DNA from: a virus
Strand: one strand, 5' to 3'
Virus record (IMG/VR): IMGVR_UViG_3300046810_000166
Span: 1-64,000 of that record
DNA: 64,000 nucleotides
Shown: positions 27,910-36,049 of the stretch, piece after piece
Layout of the letters: each line of letters starts with the position of its first letter
Numbering within the stretch: position 1 is the first letter of the stretch
The notes under the pieces: generated by a model
Database searches by the model: none
What the model was told of the DNA's origin: nothing
What the model saw: only the letters and a program-made list of their open reading frames with translations
Position numbers and translations under genes: made by a program

Positions 27910-28280
27910 AGGTGGCCGACCTCGCCGGCATTGATCTGGCGCTGTGGGTGGCTCGCGCGCTCGGGCACAAGGATGCGTTTAAATGGACGGCGCCGCCGAG
28001 CATGCTGGCGCCGCACGGCTATGATGTGGTGTACCTGCGCCCCACCGACAGCGAGCCGTTCATGCCGCATGAGGACTGGGAGGACGGCGGCCCGGTGATC
28101 GATAAGTTCGAGGTGATGATCGGGCGCGGCCATTCCCTGCTGCCCGGCGGCAAGAGCGAGAAATACGCCACCGCGCGCGTGCTCGATACGGTGACGGTGT
28201 TCCGGCATGAATCGGCGCTTGTCGCCGCCATGCGCGCTATCGTGTTCAGCGCCTACGGTCCCGAGGTGCCCGATGCCTGA
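27906..28280 (+). CDS. NinX/DUF2591 family protein
   Basis: L.G.DL..WVARA, P..DW..GGPVI, LVAAMRAIV...G.EV. Confidence 0.85.
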   Translation: MKVADLAGIDLALWVARALGHKDAFKWTAPPSMLAPHGYDVVYLRPTDSEPFMPHEDWEDGGPVIDKFEVMIGRGHSLLPGGKSEKYATARVLDTVTVFRHESALVAAMRAIVFSAYGPEVPDA

Positions 28281-28470
28281 CAGCCGCTTCATTCCACTGG
28301 AGCGCCGCCACTGTACCGCCGAGGCGCCCATGCCGATGGAAGACCGGGCCAAGTTCCTCTGGATTCACCACGATGCCGAGGACGTGGGGCCGTTCTTCAA
28401 CCTGCGGCTGTACAAGTGCCCGCACTGCGGGTTCACCTTCAACGCGGCGCCGAGGGAAACGACCGGCTAA
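28273..28470 (+). CDS. Small Zn-finger protein
   Basis: YKCPHCG. Confidence 0.6.
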   Translation: MPDSRFIPLERRHCTAEAPMPMEDRAKFLWIHHDAEDVGPFFNLRLYKCPHCGFTFNAAPRETTG

Positions 28471-28642
28471 CCCCGGCCCAGCAGCCGTGCCCGCGTATGC
28501 TTGCCAGCCACCGGCAGGCGCATGGGCACGGCGTTGTGCGCGTGCAGGTCGACCAGCACCGCCAGAACCACGCAAGCCAGCACCAGCACCAGCAGGATGG
28601 CCAGCGCCAGATCGTGGCAGCACCATTTCGGATCACGCCCCA

Positions 28643-28900
28643 TCACTTCATCCCCGCCAGCAGCTTCGTATCCACCTCGCCGCGCGACTTGAGGCCGAGC
28701 GTTTCGCTGCGGCCGTGACACTTGCCGCCGTCGATGAAGCCGGCCGCCACGCACTCACCATCACGGTATTCCCGGCGCCAGTTCCGATCGCCGCCGAAGC
28801 GGATGGCCTCACAGGCCTCGGCCATGCGGTCGTGGTCGACCGTGCGCGGAAACACGAATATTTCCTCTTTCCCGTTCAGGGACATGACGATGTATTTCAT
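28643..28900 (-). CDS. Conserved phage protein
   Basis: MKYIV...FP..V.H..M...AAGF...C.G.SETL.L.SR..D. Confidence 0.75.
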   Translation of the reverse strand: MKYIVMSLNGKEEIFVFPRTVDHDRMAEACEAIRFGGDRNWRREYRDGECVAAGFIDGGKCHGRSETLGLKSRGEVDTKLLAGMK

Positions 28901-29724
28901 TTCAGGCCCGCCCGGTAGCGGTCCTCACGCAGCATGAAGCCGGCGTAGCCCCATGCCTTGTCCATGGCATCTTGGAGGGCTTTTTCCTCGCCAAGTTCCC
29001 GCCTGAAATTCTCGACGCACGCGGCCGAGGATTCGCCGCGCAGTGTGAAGCCGTTCTTGAACGTGATCTCGCACACGGTGGTCCGGCCGTCCGCCCGGAT
29101 CTCGTAGGTGACCGACTCGAACATGGCTTCGAGCGCCGGGCCCGTCACGCGGGTGGGCAGTTCAGGCGCTGCCGGCGGCTCGATGCTCTCCACGCCATCC
29201 TCGGCACGCATCAGGCGATCGCCGACCTCGGGCACGCGGCCGCCCAGCTTCGGATCGGTCGACCTGAACACCTCGGGCGGCCGGGCGCGGTCGTAGCGCA
29301 CCTCATACATGGTCACCCAGCCATGCAGCGCGATCGCCTCCCTGAACTGCTCGCTGCGCACGCCGGTGACGCGGGCGATCTCGGTGGGCGGCTTGGGCAG
29401 CGGCAGCGGCACCGACTGCTCCAGCGCGTAGGGCTCGCAGGACGTGCGCAGCGGCCAGACCGGGTGCGGCGCCGCATCATCGCCCTCGATCAGGTGGTAG
29501 CCCTCCTCGAAGGCCTTGGCGGGCGAATAGGAGCTGTAGCCGTCCTCGTACTGGACGAGGTAGCCGCCGCGCTCGGGGTTGTGCTTGGTCCACCATTGCA
29601 TCGGCATCGGCACCGCCGTGCTGTGGCCCTGCAGGAGGAGATAGCCGAGGTGGCCGGTGGACGAGGTGCCTACCTCGATGATCCGGGCGGCGGTGACGAT
29701 TTTGTGGCTCTTGAAGCGTTGCAT
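28897..29724 (-). CDS. Phage protein with C-terminal N4 gp49/Sf6 gp66-family domain
   Basis: TTVC.I.FKNGF.L.GESS...ENF..ELGE..A...A..K.W...GF.LR; N-terminal GGYLVQYEDGY.S.SP...FEEGY. Confidence 0.82.
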   Translation of the reverse strand: MQRFKSHKIVTAARIIEVGTSSTGHLGYLLLQGHSTAVPMPMQWWTKHNPERGGYLVQYEDGYSSYSPAKAFEEGYHLIEGDDAAPHPVWPLRTSCEPYALEQSVPLPLPKPPTEIARVTGVRSEQFREAIALHGWVTMYEVRYDRARPPEVFRSTDPKLGGRVPEVGDRLMRAEDGVESIEPPAAPELPTRVTGPALEAMFESVTYEIRADGRTTVCEITFKNGFTLRGESSAACVENFRRELGEEKALQDAMDKAWGYAGFMLREDRYRAGLK

Positions 29725-29768
29725 GCTAGGGGCCTTTGGTGGTGATTATCAAGGCCTCCAGCATGTTG

Positions 29769-30098
29769 TCACGACTGCAGGAGCACCACCAAGGCCCAGC
29801 AGACTTTGCAGGCCACGTGCGCCAGCTGGTCATCGTGCAGGGTGATCGAGCCCTCGCACTTGAGGAAGTCGATCCATGCGTGCAGCGCGGCCTCGCACAG
29901 GCCCAGCACCACCGAGCCGGTGGCCAGCGCCACGGCGCCGCCATGGATCAGCGCATGCGACGACAGCGCCCACGGCCAGAACTGCGCGCCGATCGCCGTG
30001 TGGCGGCTCTTGCCCTCGGCGAGGAAAGGCCCCTGCAGCGGGTAGTCGGCCAGCGCGTGGCCCACCAGCATCCAGAACAGCGCGGTCAGGGCGATCAT
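29769..30098 (-). CDS. DUF3307 membrane protein
   Basis: GHALADYPLQ, HALIH, HAWIDFLK, DQLAH. Confidence 0.85.
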   Translation of the reverse strand: MIALTALFWMLVGHALADYPLQGPFLAEGKSRHTAIGAQFWPWALSSHALIHGGAVALATGSVVLGLCEAALHAWIDFLKCEGSITLHDDQLAHVACKVCWALVVLLQS

Positions 30099-30307
30099 GG
30101 CGCACCCTCGGCGTCGGCCCGCATGATTTCCGCCTGCAGGTAGTTGGCAAGGTCTAGCGCCTCCTCCAGCGCGTGCTGCAGCAGCTGGCGCCGCGTGAGG
30201 GTGGTGCCGGCCAGCGCCACGCCATACTTGACCATGCCGACCCGCGAGCGCTGCAGGAGCAGCTGGCGATTGGCCTCTACAACTGCGTCAGGGGCAATCT
30301 CGCTCAT
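30095..30307 (-). CDS. Small all-alpha NTP-pyrophosphatase-like phage protein
   Basis: RS.VG..KYG..L...LQHALEEALDLANYL. Confidence 0.7.
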   Translation of the reverse strand: MSEIAPDAVVEANRQLLLQRSRVGMVKYGVALAGTTLTRRQLLQHALEEALDLANYLQAEIMRADAEGAP

Positions 30308-30696
30308 GGGCGCACCAGCAGGTAGAGATCCCATTCGGCCGGGTCGCCAGCAAGGCCGGCGCGCGACGGGTGCGGATCGTGCAGAATCTGGCCATTCCGG
30401 CCCACCACGGCATGGTGCCCGGCCGGGTCGCGCGGCGATGGCCCGCTGATGATGTGGTGGATGGCGTCCTCGGCCCACACGATCCGGCCGCGCATCATCA
30501 CGAAGGCATAGCCGCGTGCGCGGCAGAACTCGGCCACCATCAGCCAGAAGTTGCCATTTCCCTCGGCATCGAGCTGGGCGAAGTGCGGCACCTCGGCGAT
30601 CGGCAGGTCCAGCACCGAGGCGAGGCACGCGCGCATGCAGTCGCCTTGCTGGCCCTGCTCGGGCAGGTGCATGAACTCCTGATCAGTCGGCGTCAT
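30304..30696 (-). CDS. Papain/C39-like fold protein
   Basis: Q..GDCMRACLAS, HAVV, HDPHP. Confidence 0.65.
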   Translation of the reverse strand: MTPTDQEFMHLPEQGQQGDCMRACLASVLDLPIAEVPHFAQLDAEGNGNFWLMVAEFCRARGYAFVMMRGRIVWAEDAIHHIISGPSPRDPAGHHAVVGRNGQILHDPHPSRAGLAGDPAEWDLYLLVRP

Positions 30697-30955
30697 GCAT
30701 CACCGCGTAGTAGTGGATGACCTGCGCGCCGTAGGAGCTCACCACGTGGCCCAAGTACAGGGCGACACCTGCCGGCACCGGGCCGCCGGGCAGCACCACG
30801 TGAACGGTGTACTCGACATAGCGAAGGGTCGGCATCGCCTCGATGTGGGCCTCATGGTTGCCCATCACGTCGACCACGGCGCGCGGCTGCAGGCCGATCG
30901 GGGCGTGGAATTTGTTGCCGCTTGCCAGCGGGATCATCAGCATTACATTGGCCAT
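30683..30955 (-). CDS. Hypothetical protein
   Basis: Overlaps the downstream gene. Confidence 0.55.
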   Translation of the reverse strand: MANVMLMIPLASGNKFHAPIGLQPRAVVDVMGNHEAHIEAMPTLRYVEYTVHVVLPGGPVPAGVALYLGHVVSSYGAQVIHYYAVMHDAD

Positions 30956-31073
30956 TCTATTCTGTCCAGTTAGGGTCTATACCTTGACACTTATGTGTCC
31001 GAGAAAACGTTTTGCTGCCCTATTCGTACGCTATCGAGCGTCCAGCTGGACGCCCGGCTACGGTAGAGCCTAT

Positions 31074-31424
31074 TCAGGCGGCGGCCCGGTTGGCCCGGTC
31101 GATCGCCTGCAGGAAGGCCGGCCAGTCCGGGCGCCGGTATTCCCAAAAGCGCGCATAGGTCGGGTGCAGCACGGTGAACGCGCGCGCCAGATCCGGGGCA
31201 TGGTGGTCGTTGATCTTGAGCGAACACTGGCCAGCCTCGCGGTGGCGGGTGTAGTGGCGCAGCTCCTCCACGATCGTGCGCGAGCTGAACCGCTTCCAGC
31301 CCTTCTCGATCAGGCGCAGGGACTGCTGCTCGAAGGCCTCGTAGATCGACCCGTTCAGGGCCAGCCAGTCGAGGAAGCCGGGACGGAAGAAGGCCGCATA
31401 GGGCGTCAGGGCGGTGATGTTCAC
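31074..31424 (-). CDS. Conserved phage protein
   Basis: N..IY.AF...S.RTI.E.LR...KIN.H..P.LAR. Confidence 0.75.
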   Translation of the reverse strand: MNITALTPYAAFFRPGFLDWLALNGSIYEAFEQQSLRLIEKGWKRFSSRTIVEELRHYTRHREAGQCSLKINDHHAPDLARAFTVLHPTYARFWEYRRPDWPAFLQAIDRANRAAA

Positions 31425-31675
31425 AGCACTGGCTCCTCGGGCAGGTAGCCGACCAGCAGCGCGCGCAGGCGGCCCCATGGGTGCTGCTCGCCGAAGTTCG
31501 GGCAGTCCGCCACGTGCTGGATCTGGTGGCCATCCTGCGTGATCGGCAGGCCGCGACCGCAGACCCGGCACACCATGCTGTGGCCACGGAAGTCGAACAA
31601 GCCGCGCAGCTGCATCAGGGCGTCGGCGGTGGGCTTCTCCAGTGGCTTGTCGTGAAATACGGCGGTGATTGTCAT
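31421..31675 (-). CDS. Small Zn-binding protein
   Basis: CRVC...H..DC. Confidence 0.6.
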   Translation of the reverse strand: MTITAVFHDKPLEKPTADALMQLRGLFDFRGHSMVCRVCGRGLPITQDGHQIQHVADCPNFGEQHPWGRLRALLVGYLPEEPVL

Positions 31676-32865
31676 AGCAAACTCATCTGAGGGGTGGCTG
31701 GGACCGCATCAGCGGGCGCTGGCGGCGTTTTCTGGATGCGGATGGGCGCAGACACCGGCGCGGGTGCGATCGCCGCCTGCGGGGCCGCCTTGGCCTCTGC
31801 AGCAGCAATCCGGCGCCGGGAGATCCCGGTGAACTCGGGCGACAGGTCAAAGCCGATGAAGCGGCAGCCCTCCATGCGGGCGCCACGGCCGGTCGAGCCA
31901 GAGCCCATGAACACGTCCAGCACCACGCCGCCCGGCGGGCAGACCAGCCGGACCAGATAGCGCATCAGCTCGGTGGGCTTGACGGTCGGGTGCGGGTTGC
32001 CGTTCCGGGCGCTCCAGTCGGCAGTCTCGCAATGACGCATGGTGGCGTCCTTGGCGACCACTGGCGCATCGCCGCTTTCCACGCCATCGTTGCGATCGGC
32101 GCGCGACGGCTTCGGGCAGTAGAAGAAACGGGCCGCGTCGCCGGGGAACAGCGCTTCGACCTCGGGCGAGCCGTCATGCAGCAGGTTGGCGGGCCAGCGG
32201 CCGACCGCCTCGGTGCCGGGCACGTCCGCGCCCATCTTGAAGCCGCCAGCCTGCGCCGGGCCGGTCGCGGTGTCCGGGTTGCGGGCATTGCCGGCGGGCG
32301 GGTTGTAGCGCACCTCATCGCCCACGCGGCAGCCGTCGATGTTCAGGGCGCCCACGCCATGCTGCAGCAGGTTCTGCGCCACGGTACCGGCCAGCGGCTT
32401 GCGGGCCACGGCGATCGGCTCATGGGATGGTTTCAGGCAGGTGCCCCAGCCGGCCCAGCGCTCGGCGTCCTCGCCCTGCAGGTCGTACTTGGCCACGTTC
32501 CGGCTCTTGGGCATGCCGCTGCCGTACAGCCACAGCGCCTGATCGCGGATCTCGAAGCCGGCGTCCTCGATCGCGCAGGTCATCCGGTGGTAGGTGCGCG
32601 AGCCAGAGAACGCCAGCAGGTGGCCGCCCGGCTTGAGCACGCGCAGGCACTCGGCCCACAGCTCCACGTCGAAGGCGATGCCGGACTTGTCCCAGCCACG
32701 GCCCATGAACCCCAGCTCGTAGGGCGGGTCCGTCACGATCGCGTCGATGCAGGCATCCGGCAGCAGGCGCAGCATGGACTTGGAATCGCCACACTCGGCC
32801 GCGAAGCCAGCCCGGCCCAGCAGAACGTCGATCATGCGCTGCTGATTCAGGTGCACCAGCTCCAT
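31672..32865 (-). CDS. Orphan beta-class N4C/N6A DNA methyltransferase
   Basis: DPPY, HPTVKP, DVFMGSGSTG. Confidence 0.93.
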   Translation of the reverse strand: MELVHLNQQRMIDVLLGRAGFAAECGDSKSMLRLLPDACIDAIVTDPPYELGFMGRGWDKSGIAFDVELWAECLRVLKPGGHLLAFSGSRTYHRMTCAIEDAGFEIRDQALWLYGSGMPKSRNVAKYDLQGEDAERWAGWGTCLKPSHEPIAVARKPLAGTVAQNLLQHGVGALNIDGCRVGDEVRYNPPAGNARNPDTATGPAQAGGFKMGADVPGTEAVGRWPANLLHDGSPEVEALFPGDAARFFYCPKPSRADRNDGVESGDAPVVAKDATMRHCETADWSARNGNPHPTVKPTELMRYLVRLVCPPGGVVLDVFMGSGSTGRGARMEGCRFIGFDLSPEFTGISRRRIAAAEAKAAPQAAIAPAPVSAPIRIQKTPPAPADAVPATPQMSLL

Positions 32866-33455
32866 CAGCCGCGCTCCAGCACAACGACCGTCTTTTCCTC
32901 GTTCTCGGGCTTGTCGAGGCCCCACGCCTTGCGTTCGGCGGTCTGGACGATGGACAGCGCCTCGGCGAGGATCTTGGCGCGCTTGCCCATGGCGAAGCCC
33001 TTTTCGTGGTCCTGCTCGCGCAGCGCCTCATACACGCGGATGCGCACCGAGTTCATTTCGTCGCGGTGGCGGGTCAGCACCTCGGCGCGGCGGCTGATGG
33101 CCAGCTGCTCGGCTGCTTGCTCGGGCGTCAGCCCGGTCAGGTCGGGCGGGGAAGGGTCCGCGTTTTTGAACGGGGCGCCGTCAACGCCCGGCGCTTGGCC
33201 GGACTCGTTTGCAGCAAAAGTTGCCAAGCGTAAGCCATCACGAACACCTGCACGATCAGCGGCCTGATGCGCCTTGTTGACCACCTTGTCGAGGTCCATG
33301 CGCTTGAGCCACTTCTGCTCCTTTGCTTTCTTTGCAACAGCCTGCTTTGAGATTCCGAGCGGACCACCCACATCGGCGTAGGAGACTTTCGGATCGCTCT
33401 CCCACATCGCGCGGGCGCTTTCCCATTGTTCGGGAGTGATGGGCGTGCGTGCCAT
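32865..33455 (-). CDS. Putative terminase small subunit (PacA-like HTH)
   Basis: W..AR..WE...SY..V...GISKQAV.KKA...W, ERKAWGLD; late motif at 33491-33498. Confidence 0.65.
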   Translation of the reverse strand: MARTPITPEQWESARAMWESDPKVSYADVGGPLGISKQAVAKKAKEQKWLKRMDLDKVVNKAHQAADRAGVRDGLRLATFAANESGQAPGVDGAPFKNADPSPPDLTGLTPEQAAEQLAISRRAEVLTRHRDEMNSVRIRVYEALREQDHEKGFAMGKRAKILAEALSIVQTAERKAWGLDKPENEEKTVVVLERG

Positions 33456-33609
33456 GGTGCTGACTTTCAATAAGATGCAGTCAGCATGGCGTCACGACTT
33501 GTTGACGGGGCAGGAGTCAACGGTTGACGTTGACGGCGGCGACAACCGACAACGAGCGGGCAAAAGAAAAGCCGCTACAGGAGCGGCTGATAGGCGAGGT
33601 ATAAAGGGG

Positions 33610-33891
33610 TCAAGCGGGAGGATCGGCCGGCTTGGGCGTCGAGGTGGACTTGCCACAGAAGGGGCAGTAGGAGGCAACCACAGGCATTTCCTTTCCCTTC
33701 TCGCTGGTGAAGCCCTTCCCGGTGCCACGGATGCGGAACGGGATGTTGATGACGAGCTTGAGGCCCATATCGTCGGTCAGCTGGAAGCCGGTCGCCGCGC
33801 AGGTGACCTTGATGTTCTCGCCGGCCTTCTCCTTCACGAATGGAACCTCGGCCAGCTCGCCCTCGATGCGCTTGATGCATTCACAGTTCAT
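33610..33891 (-). CDS. Small Cys-rich phage protein
   Basis: MNCEC...YCPFCG. Confidence 0.7.
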   Translation of the reverse strand: MNCECIKRIEGELAEVPFVKEKAGENIKVTCAATGFQLTDDMGLKLVINIPFRIRGTGKGFTSEKGKEMPVVASYCPFCGKSTSTPKPADPPA

Positions 33892-34217
33892 TCGATCCTC
33901 CCAGCAGCATCCACGGCGGTGCGCATGCGATCGAGGGCCGGGATCAGCACGCTATCCTTCCATGCCACGTTGATCAGATTGTCGGACGCAGCCAGCAGCT
34001 CCTTGTTGGCGTTCAGGATCGTCAGGGCATGCTCGATCGGGCCGGCCACCCACGTGCGCATGTACAGCCTTACCTGCTCCTTCACGAAGGCGTCGACCTC
34101 GTCACGGTTGTGCAGGGTGATCTCCGGGTGGTGGATGCCGCCAAAGCCAGCGCTCTCCATCCGGGCAGATTTCAGGGCGTCCTCCAGCAGTTCAGCGATC
34201 TTGGTAATGGACTTCAT
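33888..34217 (-). CDS. Hypothetical protein
   Basis: TAAGGAG RBS. Confidence 0.7.
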   Translation of the reverse strand: MKSITKIAELLEDALKSARMESAGFGGIHHPEITLHNRDEVDAFVKEQVRLYMRTWVAGPIEHALTILNANKELLAASDNLINVAWKDSVLIPALDRMRTAVDAAGRIE

Positions 34218-34303
34218 ACGGGTGTTTCTCCTTATGGGTGCGGACTCTGCCTCTATTGCGGGCGAGCCCATGTGGTGGTTTACGGGACTTGCCAAGGGTA
34301 AAG

Positions 34304-34492
34304 CTATTCAGGCTTCGGGCCCCGGATCTCATGGAAAACCATCGTGCGGCCCGCCAGTTCTTCCTCGGGGATGCCCATCGCCTCGGCTATCTGGCGCTTG
34401 AGTTTCGCGCCCGCCACGAACTGGCGGCCAGTCAGCAAGAACGGCGGGTCGCTGGGCGTATCATCGGACGGCGGCAGTTTATCGGTGGCCAC
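34304..34492 (-). CDS. Hypothetical protein
   Basis: Packed in the operon. Confidence 0.5.
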   Translation of the reverse strand: MATDKLPPSDDTPSDPPFLLTGRQFVAGAKLKRQIAEAMGIPEEELAGRTMVFHEIRGPKPE

Positions 34493-34495
34493 GGC

Positions 34496-34792
34496 TCAGC
34501 CTCCCACCTTGTCCAGCGCTGCCTTGGCGCGCTCAACGTCCGCCATCCGGGCGCCGGCGCGCAGTTCATCCATGCGCTCGGCGATCATGTAGCGGTTCAG
34601 GTGCTGGTCGATGATGGTTTCCTCGGCGTCGATCACGTGCCGGTCCTTCGTCATGGTCCGGGCGGCCGCTGCGATCGCGATCCCGGCGCACAGCAGGCCC
34701 TTGAGCATGCCGAACTCCTCGGGCAGGCCACGCCAGCCGTCAATAATCGCGCGGGTGCGCTCCTCGGCCGTCATCAGCGGTTTCTTCTTCAT
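34496..34792 (-). CDS. Hypothetical protein
   Basis: AAGGA RBS. Confidence 0.65.
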   Translation of the reverse strand: MKKKPLMTAEERTRAIIDGWRGLPEEFGMLKGLLCAGIAIAAAARTMTKDRHVIDAEETIIDQHLNRYMIAERMDELRAGARMADVERAKAALDKVGG

Positions 34793-34804
34793 GGTGTTTC
34801 CTTG

Positions 34805-35083
34805 TCAGAATGGAATGATGTCGTTCATGCCCGCGTAGATCGGGTCCACCACCTTCGGGCGGGCCTTGAACTCGGCCAGCTCGCGGGCCAGCAGCTCCAC
34901 ACCTTCCGGCTCGCGCTCCAGCTCGCGCAACAGGTCGTTGTAGTGGATGGTCAGGCGGCACTCAGCACAGTAAATATCACCCACCTGATAGCTGCAGGTG
35001 CAGGCGACGCCCTCGCGGCGCTTGATGATGGCGCGCACGCTGATGATGTGGTCGACCACGGAATAGGTCGTGTTCTGGTCCAT
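34805..35083 (-). CDS. Hypothetical Cys-containing protein
   Basis: CTC...CAEC; ends DIIPF. Confidence 0.6.
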   Translation of the reverse strand: MDQNTTYSVVDHIISVRAIIKRREGVACTCSYQVGDIYCAECRLTIHYNDLLRELEREPEGVELLARELAEFKARPKVVDPIYAGMNDIIPF

Positions 35084-35085
35084 GC

Positions 35086-35475
35086 TCAGCCGCCGATGTA
35101 GGCGTCAGCGATCGCGCGCACCAGCTCGCCACGTGCAAGCGGCGGGTTGCTGATCCAGCCACGCATGACGGTGACGCTGTAGCCGCGCAGCATATGCGCC
35201 ACGCGAGTGCGGAAGATCGCGCGGTCTTGGGCGATGCTCAGGTCCAGCCCTTCGGCCTTCGGGGCGAGGAAGGACAGGTCGGACTCGGTGCACAGCATGT
35301 CGATCGCGCGCTTGGCCACCTTCCCCATATCCTCGGGCTTGTCGTGCTTGACGGCCATGGCCAGCTCGGTCAGGGTGGTTTCCAGATCGGTGTAGCTCGG
35401 CAGGCCCGCACCCTTGGCCAGTTCGTTCATTTTCAGGATCGCGCTGACTTGCTTGAGGCTGGCATTCGGTTTCAT
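35086..35475 (-). CDS. Hypothetical protein
   Basis: AGGGGA RBS. Confidence 0.7.
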   Translation of the reverse strand: MKPNASLKQVSAILKMNELAKGAGLPSYTDLETTLTELAMAVKHDKPEDMGKVAKRAIDMLCTESDLSFLAPKAEGLDLSIAQDRAIFRTRVAHMLRGYSVTVMRGWISNPPLARGELVRAIADAYIGG

Positions 35476-35644
35476 TGGATTCCCCTGATTAGCGAGCAGC
35501 GACGAAGGCCAGCGGCACACCGATGATCAGCGCGGCGTAGACCACAGCCGCCCAAGCCACCACCTTGCCCTCGTTTTCTTCGATGTACTCAATGATTGCG
35601 TTGAACACTTTGATCTCCCGTCTGCGTTGTGTTTCGATGGAAGA

Positions 35645-35673
35645 ATCATATAACGCATTGCGGTAATATGCAA
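35645..35673 (-). promoter_or_regulatory. Sigma70 promoter with operator
   Basis: TTGCAT-17 nt-TATGAT; TAACGCATTGCG at 35651-35662. Confidence 0.82.
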
Positions 35674-35698
35674 GCACTTTTCATATGAATTTCAGGCG

Positions 35699-35726
35699 AA
35701 AAAAAGGGCCGCTGTTTAGGCGGCCC
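35699..35726 (-). terminator. Intrinsic terminator closing the ncRNA-array transcript
   Basis: GGGCCGC-7 nt-GCGGCCC-T7. Confidence 0.88.
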
Positions 35727-35873
35727 GAACGGGTAGTGTGTTTACGATCACGAAGCTAAGCAGGCTCCGTGCAGAGGACCACCGGCACCGGGGCGGAATG
35801 CCCTATGCCACGATTCGCGGTGCCCTGCGGGAGGCATTCTGCCTCAGTTCACCGGACTTGCCAAGGATTAAGT

Positions 35874-36041
35874 TTACTTTCCCTCAACATCCACGCGATC
35901 GGCTACCTTCATCCAGAACAGCTCCACCTCCAGTTCAAGTACGCGGCTCTGCAGCGCGGCCTTGTCCTTGGCGTGCTGGGCCAGCTGCTTGGCCAGCTCC
36001 AGCGGCGTGAGGGTTTGGATGAGGTGATCTACAAGGCTCAT
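35874..36041 (-). CDS. 55-aa coiled-coil peptide, the only plausible CDS in the ncRNA unit
   Basis: MSLVDHLIQTLTPLELAKQL...; coding-like codons but weak RBS. Confidence 0.5.
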   Translation of the reverse strand: MSLVDHLIQTLTPLELAKQLAQHAKDKAALQSRVLELEVELFWMKVADRVDVEGK

Positions 36042-36049
36042 GTACGAAT

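Noticed and set aside
31672-32865. Restriction-modification system
   Set aside because: No adjacent restriction endonuclease; an orphan phage methyltransferase is ordinary.
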